Assembly: GCA_010093605.1 (NCBI GenBank)
Contig: MU004197.1
Coordinates: forward strand, 248,001-312,000
Length of the DNA: 64,000 nt
Source of the DNA: Lophium mytilinum
Taxonomy: Eukaryota
Direction of reading: 5' to 3'
This document shows, one piece after another, positions 24,832 through 37,780 of this stretch. A program made the translations under genes and the position numbers. The number at the start of each line of letters is the position of its first letter. The stretch's first letter is position 1. Below the pieces are notes generated by a model, which saw only the letters and a list, made by a program, of their open reading frames with translations, made no database searches and was not told the origin of the DNA.

Positions 24832-26537
24832 CCTGTCAACCAATCAGAGCGTACTAGATAGCGGCATGGAATGTCTATGAGTCGCGCGTTCTCCGGCATC
24901 TCCCGAGCCTCACGTGCCGTCGCTCACATGATCATTTTGGTGTCAGGAACGAAGTCACGAAGTCACCCCAGCCAATGTCTACAAAACATTGTTGGGCTTT
25001 TCTCATGGAGCTTCTCAATATTTGCCCAACTTCCCACCTAGCTGTGTGTATAATCCGTTTTCCCCTTGCCAAAGCTATGGATTGAAGCAAACTGCATGAT
25101 TATAGGAATGGCGAAGCCTAGTGCAATCGACTTTGCTGAAACGGTGATAGGCAAGGCTTCCACCGCAACGTCGAATCACACTCTTGGACGGACCTAAACC
25201 CCCTTGTGTCAAGAACAACAAGGTCCAGGAGTGCCATTGATGTCTGTAGTTGTCCAACCAGTCAAGAATTTGCAGAGTTGCAGCGAATGCGGAAACGTCG
25301 GCCATATTTTCAAAAACCATTCGGCTACCCCGTGTCTGTTCAAAAGACGAAAGGAACGGCAGCGTTCAAGAGAGCGTATGAGATCTGATACAAGTCGGAG
25401 GGCAGAGATCAGCGTAGGAAGAAGGGGAGGTGAACAATCCAGGATGTGCTCCTCTTCAGAGCAAGCGACTGGAAGGGTTGGAGGGGAGCTTGGCAATTGG
25501 GCTACACTTGAAAGCGAGGATAGGGATGAGCGCCGGGTGGTTGTTGTCTGTCATGAGACAGGATACCCCCATAGAACGAAAATGGCCCACGGCTGCAAAG
25601 GCGATCCCAGTGCTAAGAGATGTGAATCACGCTCTCATAATAAGATCGTCTTAGGCCGTCAAGAGCCTTAGTCGCCCCCGCTTCTTAAACAAGTGGTGAA
25701 GTGATATTCCCAATATGCTAGTTCCAACGATAGAGCTGGCACAGTGACAATGATGCACCATTTTAGGCCATAAAGACTGAATGAAAGCTAAGAACTCGCT
25801 TACTGCTAGATTCCGTCGAGTGGAGGGCAAGGAGAAGATGGCTCAACGCCGTGTTTCTGACCAAATTGGAGGGTAGGAGGTGAGCGAAGGCGTTGAGGGG
25901 TTGTATATTCGATGGGTCGAAAGCTACTTTGGGGAATTTCTATTAGAAGCAAGACGTGTAAATGGTCATGCGCGACAAGGCCCTTTTCTCTTGCTAGATA
26001 ACGAATACGCTAGGGCAAAGCGCGATTTATGGAAGGTCAATTGGCATGCCTGAAGCTAGGCTGAGTGTATGCCCATGAATGAGTGTTCTTCTAGAACTTC
26101 ACACTATTCAGGTCTCCTATTTTCTCAGGCATGACCGGTTCCTTGTCATTGTTGATGCAGTCAAAGCACCCGCGCCGCTTTTCTACTTCAAAAATTGTAG
26201 CAGAACACTTCCTTTGCGACTTGCAACCGGGCCCATGCCTTATAGTTTGGTTATCTCGTCCCTAGGCCCTTATTTGCCGACGTGTTCTCCCTTCGTGACT
26301 CTCGAATGCTCGGCCCGGCAAAATTTTAATCCATAGCTGTGGCATTCACTAAGTCTCCGGGAAAACGTCTTGCTGCCTAGAAACGAATCCGCCCACGAGG
26401 AACACGAAACCTCTGCACCATCTAAATCATCCCTACCTTCAGCGACATCGCCAACCCTACAGCAACACCATCTCCCTCCCCTCTCTTTGTCCCTCGACCT
26501 GCCACTTCCTGGGGTTTCAACTACAGTCGCCGTCACC

Positions 26538-29500
26538 ATGACGGGCGACAAGGACGCTCTCGCGTACATCATCGCGCACACGTTTCTACCGCCGCGAGTT
26601 CCACAGGGCGATGATGAGTCAACATCAATGAGCGAGGCTCTATATAACAAATTCTTGGAAGGGATGATCAGATACCAGGCGTTACTCGGGGAAGAAGAGG
26701 GTGCTTTGTGGGATTTGTGTATCCAGATGGTCAAGAGCGTTTGTACAGAGCTGGATACAAATAGGCTTCTTGTCAAGATCGAGTCGTTGGCCGTCGGAGG
26801 TATGTGTAGTATATATATTCACATCGAGCGATCACTAATCGTTATTGGCAGAGTCTTTGGCATTGCATATTTCCGCCCAGAATGCAGCACTTTTTATCCG
26901 GAAATCCGAATCTAGTACGGCCTTCGGGTCATTCGAGCTCTCTCCAAGTACGAGGATGGTAATGAGCTGCAAGGGCCGTCTGCGCCGTTCCATTCCTGGT
27001 CCGGCTATTGATATACCCAACACAGTCCTAGCAGATATGACTTTCCGAGATCCTGTGGTCGAAACACTCGTCAAGTTTTCCTCCGATACCCCATATGTGG
27101 TAAAGCCATCCACCAAAAAGGCCGGATCGACAGTCAATGAGATTCGCGAGACCATTGACCCTATCTTGGTTACCGGCATGCTGACTGGGGCGTTACGAGC
27201 TGTCGGGACTCCTGCAGATGTGGTTCGCATTCAAAAGAACACTCGAGATGATGTCCTTTGGGACAACAAGCTGAGGCCGTGGCGTCGATCACCTTTCTGG
27301 CTACTGCTACGTGCTGCGGTTCACACTACCTTGGCGCAGATTGATACAGACCTTGCACGAGCGACCCATCGCTACAAGCTGTTCATGATATTCTTCCTCG
27401 GAACCATCTTGGATTCGGCGATAGACGCATCACCACCGTTGCCGAGCGAACTCCTGTTCGTCATGAGCGCGAAAATTTCTCGGCGCATCCTGAAGCTGGA
27501 CATTCGTTTTTCTTTACTAGGGACCGAGAAGACGCTCTTAATTACCCAAGAACTACTCCGGAGTAGATGGAATAAACTTGAGACAGAAAAGGATCCGGCA
27601 GGGATTTGGGGAACATGGAACGACGCGAGCTTTAGAATCTCGGCTTGGGAAGATGTCGCGTTGAAGCTGCCAAAATTCCGATCGTACCTGGACAGTCTCG
27701 CCAATCGACCTCTATGCTCCTCAACGGCAGTCGATTTCAAGCCTGAGCGATTATATCGCATTAAAGAGTCTAGCGAAGCATTGTCATTTCGCATGATAGA
27801 CCCTATCTCTCTACCTACTTCACACGCGAAGCATATCATACTTGCTGATATTGAACGGTGGGTAGCCAATTGCCTTCCATCTTGGCTCACGAACAACATC
27901 CATTTGCCAACTACGGTAGTCCATCTTGCGGCAGTTCTAAAGACCTACTCCACCGCGGCAGTGCCTGCATACTCGGACCATCCTGTGCTACTCTCGCGGA
28001 TGTACCTTACCGTGATGGAAATATGGATTGGCATGGACAAAGCAGTCATTGAAGCCCATCCTGTCGTCGGCCAGGTCTCTGTCGGGTTTCCCCCTGCGTT
28101 CCTGGAGCCTCTGCTTCTACCTTCAAAGGAAGACATGGATCGATTGTTGTCTATAGAGCAATACCTTACCGAGAGGAACCGCTTCGATCCGTCTGGAAGG
28201 CAGACAAATTATTTATCATCGGAAGCCAATGGCCTAGCATATAAGTTCTACGACAGTTCGACGGCTCTAAGGGAACTACGCGAGAAGATAATGCTAGATG
28301 CTGAGAAAGAGCGAGCCAAAAAGTGTGACCAGATGCAAATCGCGAAGGAGAGCCATAGTAGACGACTGGCAGAGATCAACGAGCGCGAGCATTTTCATCA
28401 GTCTAGAATCAACAAACGAGGGACTACAGTATCGGAACATATCGAAACGCAGTGCCAGACGTGCGTGGCTTTAAACAGATTGAACGCAATGACAATCGAT
28501 GTCTATGAGATGCCAATACCTTTGGACGAAGTGCAGGCCCGGCTGGTAATGTTTGAGCTAGGTATGCCTGAAGAAGTTCGACAATGGCGAACCGCTACCT
28601 ATCGATTGCAATTTGAAATTATAGCATCCCAGGCCCAACAATCCGGGCGGACTAAAGCGAAGGAGAAGATCTACTTCTTACGGGACTATTGGCCGCTGAA
28701 CCGTTACCGGCATAATGAGAGTCGTTGCAGCCTCGAAGAAGGACTACAGCTTGGATCGGAAACGAAGTCATTTGTTGTCGCACATTATAGAAAGCCAACA
28801 GTGTCTGCATCGCTCAGCGAGAACGATGTCATCGTAAACCACGGTATGAAGTACAACATGTATGATTCGCGCACATCTAGACCAGCAGAGGGCTTACTCA
28901 GTCTTTGCGATTTCGATATTCGCTCACGTTGTACTTTCAGGATCCCGAAAGGATCTTATAGCAAGCTGGATTTTGCGATCTCCGATACCAAGCAGACATC
29001 AAACCAAATCACCGCTCTGCAGTCTGATTGTCCGACAACAATGCACCTAGACGAGTTCACTGCTTTCGGGAATTTGCGTGCTGGTCACCGAGTGCAATGG
29101 TTAAGCATTGCAAAGGAGCTCGCCGCTAGAGAGCTGTCGTTCGGACGATACGAGGTTTGTGCCTTGTTTGTCCAGGCATGTTGGCAAGCGGGGCCATCCG
29201 AGCCATCGAGTTCACTCCGCGAAGCTCACCTTATACTCGAACTGGAACACGTCGGTCTGACACTGCTAACGACGATGGAAGATAATTTGTCTCTGATTAC
29301 GAAAAACTGGGAAGGCACTATGGCAGCTCGTATCTTCACTGTGATTGCAGCCCGTTTATTATCACTTTGCACTCATCAAGATCTCCGTACAAAGGCTCGA
29401 TCATTTCTACGTCGAGCTCGGGACATTTCCCTCGCCTGGACTCGGGAGCTGCAAGAAAAGGTTCACAAAACCATTGATGACGTCGAGCGTAGTAGGCTGC

Positions 29501-32500
29501 GTGTAAAGCTATTGGAAGCCGCATTGGTTTGTCATACAAGCTTTGGTGTAGATTTTCTTTCGTCGTCCGATTCTATCTCGCCTCAAGATGATGTTTCCGA
29601 TGCTCTCGAATGCCTCATCACGATTCAACAAAACTACCCCAGAGACAAGCGGAGTATCCCATTTTCTATCCGCGACCTCTTGATGGAGTCCTTCCACCTG
29701 TGTCACCGTTATGAAAACAAAATGCGGCACAGAATTCTAGAAGATAGTTCAGGGATCGATGCGGCAATAGGACGTATATGGAAAGATTACCAGCCTTGTG
29801 GAGAATGGACTATGGTAGCCGCACCTAACGGGCATTGGGTTACAACATCCACGAAACCCTCGATCACACGTGAGCCTAGGAGCATTCATCTAAGCCTACT
29901 GACGGGTGAGCTCTTGGTTGATGGCAAGCCTATATCGAGACTACCCCCTGAATTCGAAAAACACCCAACCTTCAAGCGGCTGTTTGGCAAGCGTATTCTC
30001 GACGTTGTCTCTTCGGATATGAACGGCATGGATTACAGAGTTCGAAACCACATTGAGGGATATGGAATCCATTTGGCAATGTGTGATACAGAGTTGATTA
30101 TTCATGCAATCGCCGAAGACGGTCATGAAATTCAGCTCATTCCGTCAAGCAAACTGGAAGGAAACTTGCCAAATGCTCTGGTCCAAGATCACGTCCACTG
30201 GCGCCACCTTGACAATGAAGTTGTGGAGTGGCGTCTCGCCAAGTCACCATGGATCGCTGAGGTAGTACCTTGGAAACTTATCCAGAACAGCGATAGCACT
30301 ACTTGCACATACCGATTGCACCAGGGAAACAAGATTCTCGTTGAAAATGATAGCTCCATCGGTCATGTCTTGGCAGCTTTACTTGCGCCGCTCGAGCAGA
30401 CGGACAATATCCAGATCACTCTTGATGAACTTGCCAGGACGGTTGAAGTCCATCTTCCGCGCCTCAATCTGGATTTCGCCCTCAGCGCCGACATGTCCAC
30501 TCTGGAGTCGAAACAATTCCGTGGTTACATGATAGATGACGACCAAACAGTCGGGACCATGACTGGATTGAAAAACAAGCTTGTTTTGAGTAACCTCGAT
30601 AGCTCGAAGCGGTGTATTATTATTCCATACGGGAAGGTCAGTTGCGTCAAGAATAGCAATCACGTAGACGTCACGATTGACGCTGGTGGTACAAGCCATG
30701 TTTCATATTACGTGTATCATGTCGATTTAGTCCTTGGAAGATTGACGGGTAACGACACTTTGACGGGAAGTTTGTTCAAAGCGTATCTGCACGCTATGAC
30801 TTCCCATTGCCTGCCCGACCGACTGACGGGTAGGACGGGGACTGAGGAGGCGCTGAACTATCTTCAAGGCGCAGCGATTCGGTCATATACGACCTTCACT
30901 GATGATGATGCAGACCTCCTATCGCTTCTCGCTCGTCTGACGCCGCAGCGAGTCTTCTATCCCAAGAACAGCAAGCTCATGCAGCAAACAGAATGGTCAG
31001 ACCTGCCAGCACACTCTCAACACAATCGCTTCGGGACGGAAGTCCGGGCCGTCATAGAGCATTACAACAAATTGAATTTCCTTTCCAATCAGCTTATTCC
31101 GAAGATGGATCTGCCTCAGCTTGACCAGCACCTGCTCGAACGAACTAGCATTCGGGATGCTTCATACCGTGGTGACGGTTATGGTGCTGAGCTTTACACA
31201 ACTCAACACGATTCTGTTTACGTAACTCGAGATGATCAAGAATGGGGGAAAGTAGAACTTCGATCCTATGAAGCAGCGAGGCTGGTCTGTTCATGGTCTG
31301 TAGATCTTAAGTGCGACTTCCGCATCTGGAACTTCCTGCGAGACGGGGGAAAAGCTCCGATTCCAGGAGTAATTGCTCAGAATAAGCCCTATTTTGAACT
31401 AGTTCAGAATCTAAGTTACGATCCGGCGTGGCTAGATGCCGGAGACGACTTTCTTGCTCACGTCTGGTGGTCATTGCAGTCCCGCCTGTCTACAGCTGTT
31501 GAGGCTGTGGATAAGTACAAGATCATGCTATTCCTTTGCACGCTCAGTTCATACGGCCGGACTTCCGAAGGAAAAGCCAAGACTCTCCTTGCGTTTGCGA
31601 TTGTCCCTAGGCTTCGCGCTTTACGGCCTCCTCGCATCCACGCCTTCGATCCTTACGGTCGCACCAAGCCCTCTAGACGAGACCTCCTGGAGTTGGCAAG
31701 GCAGTACCTGCGCAACCCAGCTAATTCCCCAGAAGCCTATTTGCGTAAGCTACGGCACGAAAGTAATGTCGAATTCGAGAATCGCTGCAGACGCAAATAC
31801 GAGGAGGAGGTTGATCGGAGTGAGCAATTGTTTGTGGACGTACTAATGAGACACTGGCTGGTTCCATTCGATGGATTTCCTCGCCTTTTCGAATTTGAGT
31901 CTATCACACAATACATGGATACGGCCGCTGCAGTGCAGATTGCAGAAAGAGACTTTTGGGATATCTCTGACAATTTCCAAGCCCGAGACTATATCGACTA
32001 TCTTCAGGCAATTTTGAACAGTCTCAACATTGAAGTTGGCCCCTCACGGCCGTATTCTTTGCCACTGTCCCCAGCAAGCAAGTCCGAAACGACCCGGTAT
32101 ATCGGATACTATGATCTTTTCCAAACTTCTCCACCCACCATAAGCCCGCCCGTCCAAAGCCCAGATTTCTCACAATGGATGAGAGCTGCCGCCGAGGATA
32201 CCATGAAGCATGGAAAACTGGATGAACTGCTATTGCGACTCCGCTCGAAGCACAAGGATAGCTTTCCAGCCGAGTACATGCAAGAGCTTCAGCGAAGTTT
32301 GGACGCTTTAAACAGCTCGTCTCCCATCACGGATCTCGACGATCTACGCGAAGGGATTGCCAATGTCATTCGGGAATACCTGAGAGTTTCTTTGCACCGC
32401 CTTGAGTCAATTGAAGATGAAATACTGAACGCGATGAAAGACGGAACCAAAGAGCTGTCTGAGTTCGACTTGTTTACCATGCTAGCACCACGACTATCTC

Positions 32501-35500
32501 GGATGTCCCTCTTGGAGCACTTGTCAATTAAGAAGCGCAATGTAGTATCTCCAGACTGGAAGAATGTACTCATCCAGTATGGTGAAGCAATCAGCGCCGT
32601 TCAGCGTGCTCATCGTTTGCATCAGGCCGTCCGCAACCCCCACGCAAACTCCACGGAGCTATCGAGAGAACTTACCAACGCTAGTCATCCGAACTCGACA
32701 TGGGACACGCACAAGTACCCAGATTGGCTTCTCCTAGAATTGGAGAACGACATATTGATACGCGACGAGCAGGTAAACATTGGCCTTTCCATGATTCATC
32801 CGAAGGACAACAAAAACTCAATCTATCAATTGAATATGGGCAGAGGAAAATCAACCGTCATAGTTCCTATGGTCGCTGCGGCGGTCGGCGATGGGTTCAA
32901 AATGACGAGGGTAGTGGTGCTGAAATCTCTAGCTCCCGAAATGCAAGCTACCCTTATCGCGAAGTGTAGTGGACTGCTTGGGAGAACGATATACTCTATG
33001 CCGTTCGCAAGGTCTCTTAAACTTCTACCCAGCCTGGTTAGAAGGATTCGCGAGATCTGCCAAGAGTGCATGCGCACAGGCGGTATACTTCTTGCTCTAC
33101 CTGAACATCTGCTATCGTTCGAGCTGATGGGATATGAGAGTATCTTGAACAAAAAAGCAGCACTTGGCAAAGAACTTTGGATCACTAAGCGCTGGCTACG
33201 GGATAACGCACGCGATATTCTTGATGAATGCGACGAGCTGCTCAGCGTTGCTTCTGAGCAAATATATACGATGGGTACGCAGAGCCAGATTGCGTATGGC
33301 GCGCAACGATGGACGATGGTCCAATATCTCTTGGCCATTGTAGCTCGAAAGGCGAAAGAAGTTTTTAATTCGTTCCCCGACGGAATTGAATTTGAAGACA
33401 AAAATGGACCTGGAAGCTTCCCCCAGATTCGAATCCTGCAACCGCAAGCTGGCGATCTGTTGCTAAAGTCTGTTGCTCGCGAAGTGAGCTCGAACGGATG
33501 CCCTATCGCTCATTTTAGGGTCCGAGATCTCTCAGCAGTGTCGCGAGACAAGATATACAGAGCAGTCACAGAAATGGATTCGTCTGAGCTAGAGGACTTA
33601 CGCCTGTTAAGAGATCAGGGAAAGATCGATCAGCCCACTTGGAACTCCATCCTGATCCTTCGTGGGTTGATCGCCTTTGGGATTTTCAAATTCGCTTTTG
33701 AGGAAAAACGCTGGCGGGTACACTATGGCCTTGACAGAACGCGATCTGGCTTAGCTGTTCCTTACCGCGCAAAGGACGTGCCTTCTGCGAGAGCAGAATA
33801 TAGTCATCCCGATTCGACTATTGTACTCACTCACTTGAGCTACTATTACGAAGGGCTACCGGACAAAGAGATGAGAAGTACTTTTAGTTCTTTGTACCGC
33901 TCCAATAACGCGCAAGAAGAATACGAGTCTTGGGTTCGGGATGCCGACGGAATCCCGGTGGAGTATCGCCACATAGAGGGCGTTAATCTTCAAGACACCG
34001 TTAGGTGTAGTGTCGATATCTTCCCGCACCTTCGTTTCGTTAAGCGAGTCATCGATTTCTACCTTTCTTCGCTTGTACTCCCAGTCGAATTGAGGGAATT
34101 CAAGCAAAAGCTTTCCGCCTCCGGTTGGAATATCGCGGAGGACCGAGCCCACCCAACAACTGGCTTCAGTGGCACGAATGACACTAGCTACCTACTTCCA
34201 CTTTCCATTGCTCAATCGGACGTTATGGATCAGTTACACACAAATGCGGCTGTTCTAAGTGATATTCTTGGATTGGAAAATTCGTACAAGAAAATCATGG
34301 GCACATCCACCAGCCGGCCCGTGAGCGCAGAGATGCTACTCCAAATGGTCACCGGTCTAGATCCACCAGTACGAGTAATCCTTGACGTCGGCGCGCAAGT
34401 CCTCGACCTACGCAATGAAGGTGTTGCGCAACGGTGGTTAGATATCGTGCCTGTCAATGAGGCGGAGGCGGTCGTTTTCTTCACTGAAACCGATGTCCTT
34501 TATGTTCTCGATCGAAAGGGCAAATTAGAGCGTCTTGCAGTTTCTCCGTTTTTGCGCCAGATGGATCGCTGCTTAGTTTACTTCGATCAAGCGCATACGC
34601 GTGGAGCAGACCTCAAGCTCCCGAAGCATTATCGAGCAGCAGTAAATCTAGGGCCTCTATTAACAAAAGACCGGATCGCGCAGGCATGCATGCGGATGAG
34701 GGAGCTTGGCAAAGGGCAGTCAGTTGTGATGTGTGCCTCGGAAGAAGTGGAAAAGCGAATTCGGGATACTTGCCGTATAGATGCAGCGGGCCATGTAAAC
34801 GTCTCACATGTCTTGGAATGGTGCATTGACAATACCTGCACCCAAATTCGCAAGGAAATTCCCCTGTGGGCAAAGCAGGGACAGAGATACTTGGATCAGC
34901 AATCTACACTTCTCAGGATGGACACAGACATCAAAGATAGCTTGCCGCTAAACGTAGCAGAAGAGCTCCTTGAGGCCGAAGCACAAGATTTGGAGACTCG
35001 ATATGGGGCCAAACCGCAAAGCCTGCTTCCTGATTTCGTCTTCTCATCAGGAGAAGGCGGGTCTCGGAGTCGATCAACCAAGCTGAATGACATAATTGCT
35101 CGATGTTACAGATTCAACATCAATTCTTCCAGCGGTACCACCTTGGGAGATGAGCAAGAACGAGAGCAGGAGCTATGCCCCGAGAACCAGCGCGAGCAAG
35201 AAGTGAATCGGCCTCGTCCCATGCAGCCTTTGAAGCATACTGTCCATAGAAGTATCAAGCATTTCGTCGAAACGGGTATACTTCTGGAGGATGCAGGTAC
35301 GCAGCCAGCATTCACAAGTCTAACTTCTACAAGCGCCGCGAAGCACTCAGGTCTGGACGAGTGGCCTCAAGATCTTCGAGTTACTATGGATTTCGCCAAG
35401 ACTGTCAAAGCACTACCGGGCCATCTTCTTGACAAGTATCTTAAACCGGTAAACTGGATTTTGAGTGCACACCACGACGCAGGATCACAATATCTCATCA

Positions 35501-35997
35501 TCAGCCAAGAAGAGGCTAATGAGCTTCTCCCGTCAATTCTTGGCGGCGGCAAAGTCACCTTACATGTCTATACTCCCCGGGTTCGGCACTCAATGCGATC
35601 CTTCGACGATCTGTCCTTCTGTGAAATCCCCCAGGCGGCCACTAGCACGGTACCTCCACAGATTGCCACCTCCATCGGTTGCTTCGCAGGCCGAACCTAT
35701 TTCCCGGACTACGAGGAGTATCAGTCAACGTGTGACATGCTGGGGCTTTCGTACGATACGCCGGGTGCACACAATGATGGTTTTGTTCCACCGAAAGATA
35801 GGTCTACGGTGCGATTAGCTCTGAGCCAGTATACAATTCGTCATTGCCCGTTTACAGTTTCTCAGATCAACTTGCTCAGAGAAGTTACAGCCATCAGGCG
35901 AAAGGACCAAAGCGTTGAGCGCTCGCACATGGGAGCAGTGTTCCGGGGAGAAGTTTTGAGTCGGGGGGACTTTGACTTGCCATTGCGTCCCCGTTGA
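26538..35997 (+). CDS. Giant DUF6606/DUF3638/DUF3645-type protein with SF2-helicase-like P-loop region (paralog 2)
   Basis: ATG 26538 (MTGDKDALAYIIAHTFLPPR), intron 26800-26851 (GTATGT..CTAAT..CAG), exon 2 to TGA 35997. Motifs QLNMGRGKST, DILDECDE, LAVPYRAKDVPSARAEYSHPD, GFSGTND, HTRGADLKLP and QACMRMR. Confidence 0.92.
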
Positions 35998-36258
35998 TGA
36001 TACGTCAAGTAGTCCCATAGATGTAGATATGGGTAACCAATGGGTTTATAAGTGACGGTCTTGCTGTAGTATGGGTAACTTTGACCGACTTTCATAGCGT
36101 TTTAGGTACTGGCAATCCAATTGTTCCTCTATTTCCAGAAGCTTTAATAGTGATCAAACATGTTCTTGCACTAACTATATCTTACTATCCCTGCCATAGT
36201 AGGCGGTAAGTCTGAGCGCACGAATATGAACCGGCGCTAGCTCTAACCTTGCGCGCCC

Positions 36259-37122
36259 AACACTACTGTGAGGAGTAGCCCAGCTAGCTAGTAGCTGGCT
36301 CATCAAAAGACAGTCAAAGTTCCGCTCTATCCAATTTGACATCGTATTCTGGTCTGAATTAGCTCATGAAGGCGCCCCAAGCAGAGGCAACTGGACATCT
36401 TCATTCCCTTTTCTTTAGTGCTGATACTCATTCGGCTCCATACACCTTCGCTTTAGAACCCTAGATGTGTTCTCAGTGAAGTTAGACAGACGGATATAAC
36501 GCTACTAGGAGTTCCCTCTTGCTTGCTTAATACCAATGGCAGGAGCAGCCCCGTCGTGTCGAATTCGGCCAATCAATAAGTGTCTTGATTCCTACTGCAT
36601 TATCCTTATCATTGATTTCCCTCGCGTCATATTTCCGCACTCAAATTCAGCCCTGCTTTCGTTCAGCCTTGCCTGCTTCACACCAACGTAAGGGGTGGTC
36701 CAGCAAGCGGGTGGTGAGCCAGTCAAGAGAAAGTCTAAATTAAATTCCTATAACCTTACCATTCTTTCAGGACGTAATAAGGTACACGTCCGTACACCAA
36801 CCTGAATATTTAGTACTCCTAGTTTACACTTGCTTATTTGATGCCACTGTGTGGGTTACCTCAGCTTTGAGCTGGCTAAATCAGTAAAAGGCAGTCTGGT
36901 TTCCACCGTTTCAACTATAGTATACTGTTGGCGTAGGTATATGTAAAGCTAGCCGGAATTACCACTGCTTCCGAGCCAATTTGAAACCTAGAAACCACTG
37001 TCAGGAGCACCCCCGGTGCCTGGAAGTTGGCTAGTCAAATGGTTCGTCAAACTTCGCTGCATGAAGCTTGACATTGCGGCTAGACTTGTGAGGTCCTACG
37101 AAGGTACCCCGCGCGGTGGCAA
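36259..37122. repeat. Second, more degenerate array of family A ~125-bp repeats
   Basis: Unit starts at 36263, 36533, 36683, 36844 and 36995. Ends CAGAGG 36387 and CGGTGG 37119 give 125-bp units. The 36263 unit shares aggagtagcccagctag with the 19118 unit. Confidence 0.75.
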
Positions 37123-37210
37123 ACGAGCTTACAAGAGCTTCTAGACTGCCGGTGATCTAGAGCTCTCAGCGAGAGACAGTATCACGTGACCGAGAAAAAA
37201 ATTGACGAGT

Positions 37211-37780
37211 TCACGTGAAAGAGGGAAAGTCACGGGATTGCCAAGGCGCCAAGTAAACGTCTCCTCGCTTGCCGTATTTAAACCCCCTCACTTCTGGTTT
37301 TGGGTTTCCTCTCTTCCACAACTACCTTCTTCCCTCCCTCCCTCCCTCCCTCCCTCCTCCCTCCTTCAATTCCAACGGTAGGTGGTCAGCCCTTTGGCTC
37401 GGGCAATCCACTCCCCCAAGCTGTCGTCCCCGGGCAGCTGTGGCCAAGGGGTCACCTAGGAAGACCTACTCGCTCCTTCGCCGGCCCCGGGTGTTGGAGG
37501 TTAGGAGCACCCCTTCGTATTCAAGAGCCATGGCGGCAGAGTGGCAGAAACAGGTGGAGGACCTGCTAACACAGGCTTGTTTCTCTCTTTCTTTTTCCCT
37601 AGGAGAGTGGTGGCTGTTGCTTTTGAGGGCAGCAGCTCCGCTGGGGCAGTCAACTGACTGACCACTCTCCCCCCTTGCAACAATAGTCCTGCCCAAAAGC
37701 GTAATTTGTTTGACTCGACAACATCTGGACCAACCCGGGGGCATTGGTCTTCCAGCCTTGTGCTGGAGGCTGAAGTCTTC
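37211..37780 (+). ncRNA. Putative structured ncRNA unit U4 (type 2)
   Basis: CACGTG 37212, GCCAAG 37240 and TATTTAAA 37275-37282, then a (CCCT)n leader. Intron-like GTAGGT 37378 .. GCTAACACAG 37573, stem ggagagtggt..accactctcc, and 3' motif gcattggtcttccagc-cttgt-gctggaggctgaagtcttc. Confidence 0.5.

Noticed and set aside
9066..35818. Many short antisense or alternate-frame ORFs inside the two giant genes
   Set aside because: Shadow ORFs of long coding sequence with no recognisable motifs.
37269..37661. Short ORFs in U3/U4 that share peptide fragments
   Set aside because: Non-ATG starts, frameshifts between the copies and different stops; the similarity is a by-product of nucleotide homology.
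23387..37780. Large TIR transposon or Starship carrying the DUF3638 gene
   Set aside because: The inverted copies are clearly diverged, have internal promoters facing outward and belong to a five-member family. I saw no transposase, tyrosine recombinase or TSD in the window.
37600..37780. Hammerhead, HDV-like ribozyme or TPP riboswitch
   Set aside because: No CTGATGA/GAAA hammerhead core, no convincing HDV nested pseudoknot, and no TPP aptamer consensus by eye. An Rfam scan would be needed to exclude them fully.
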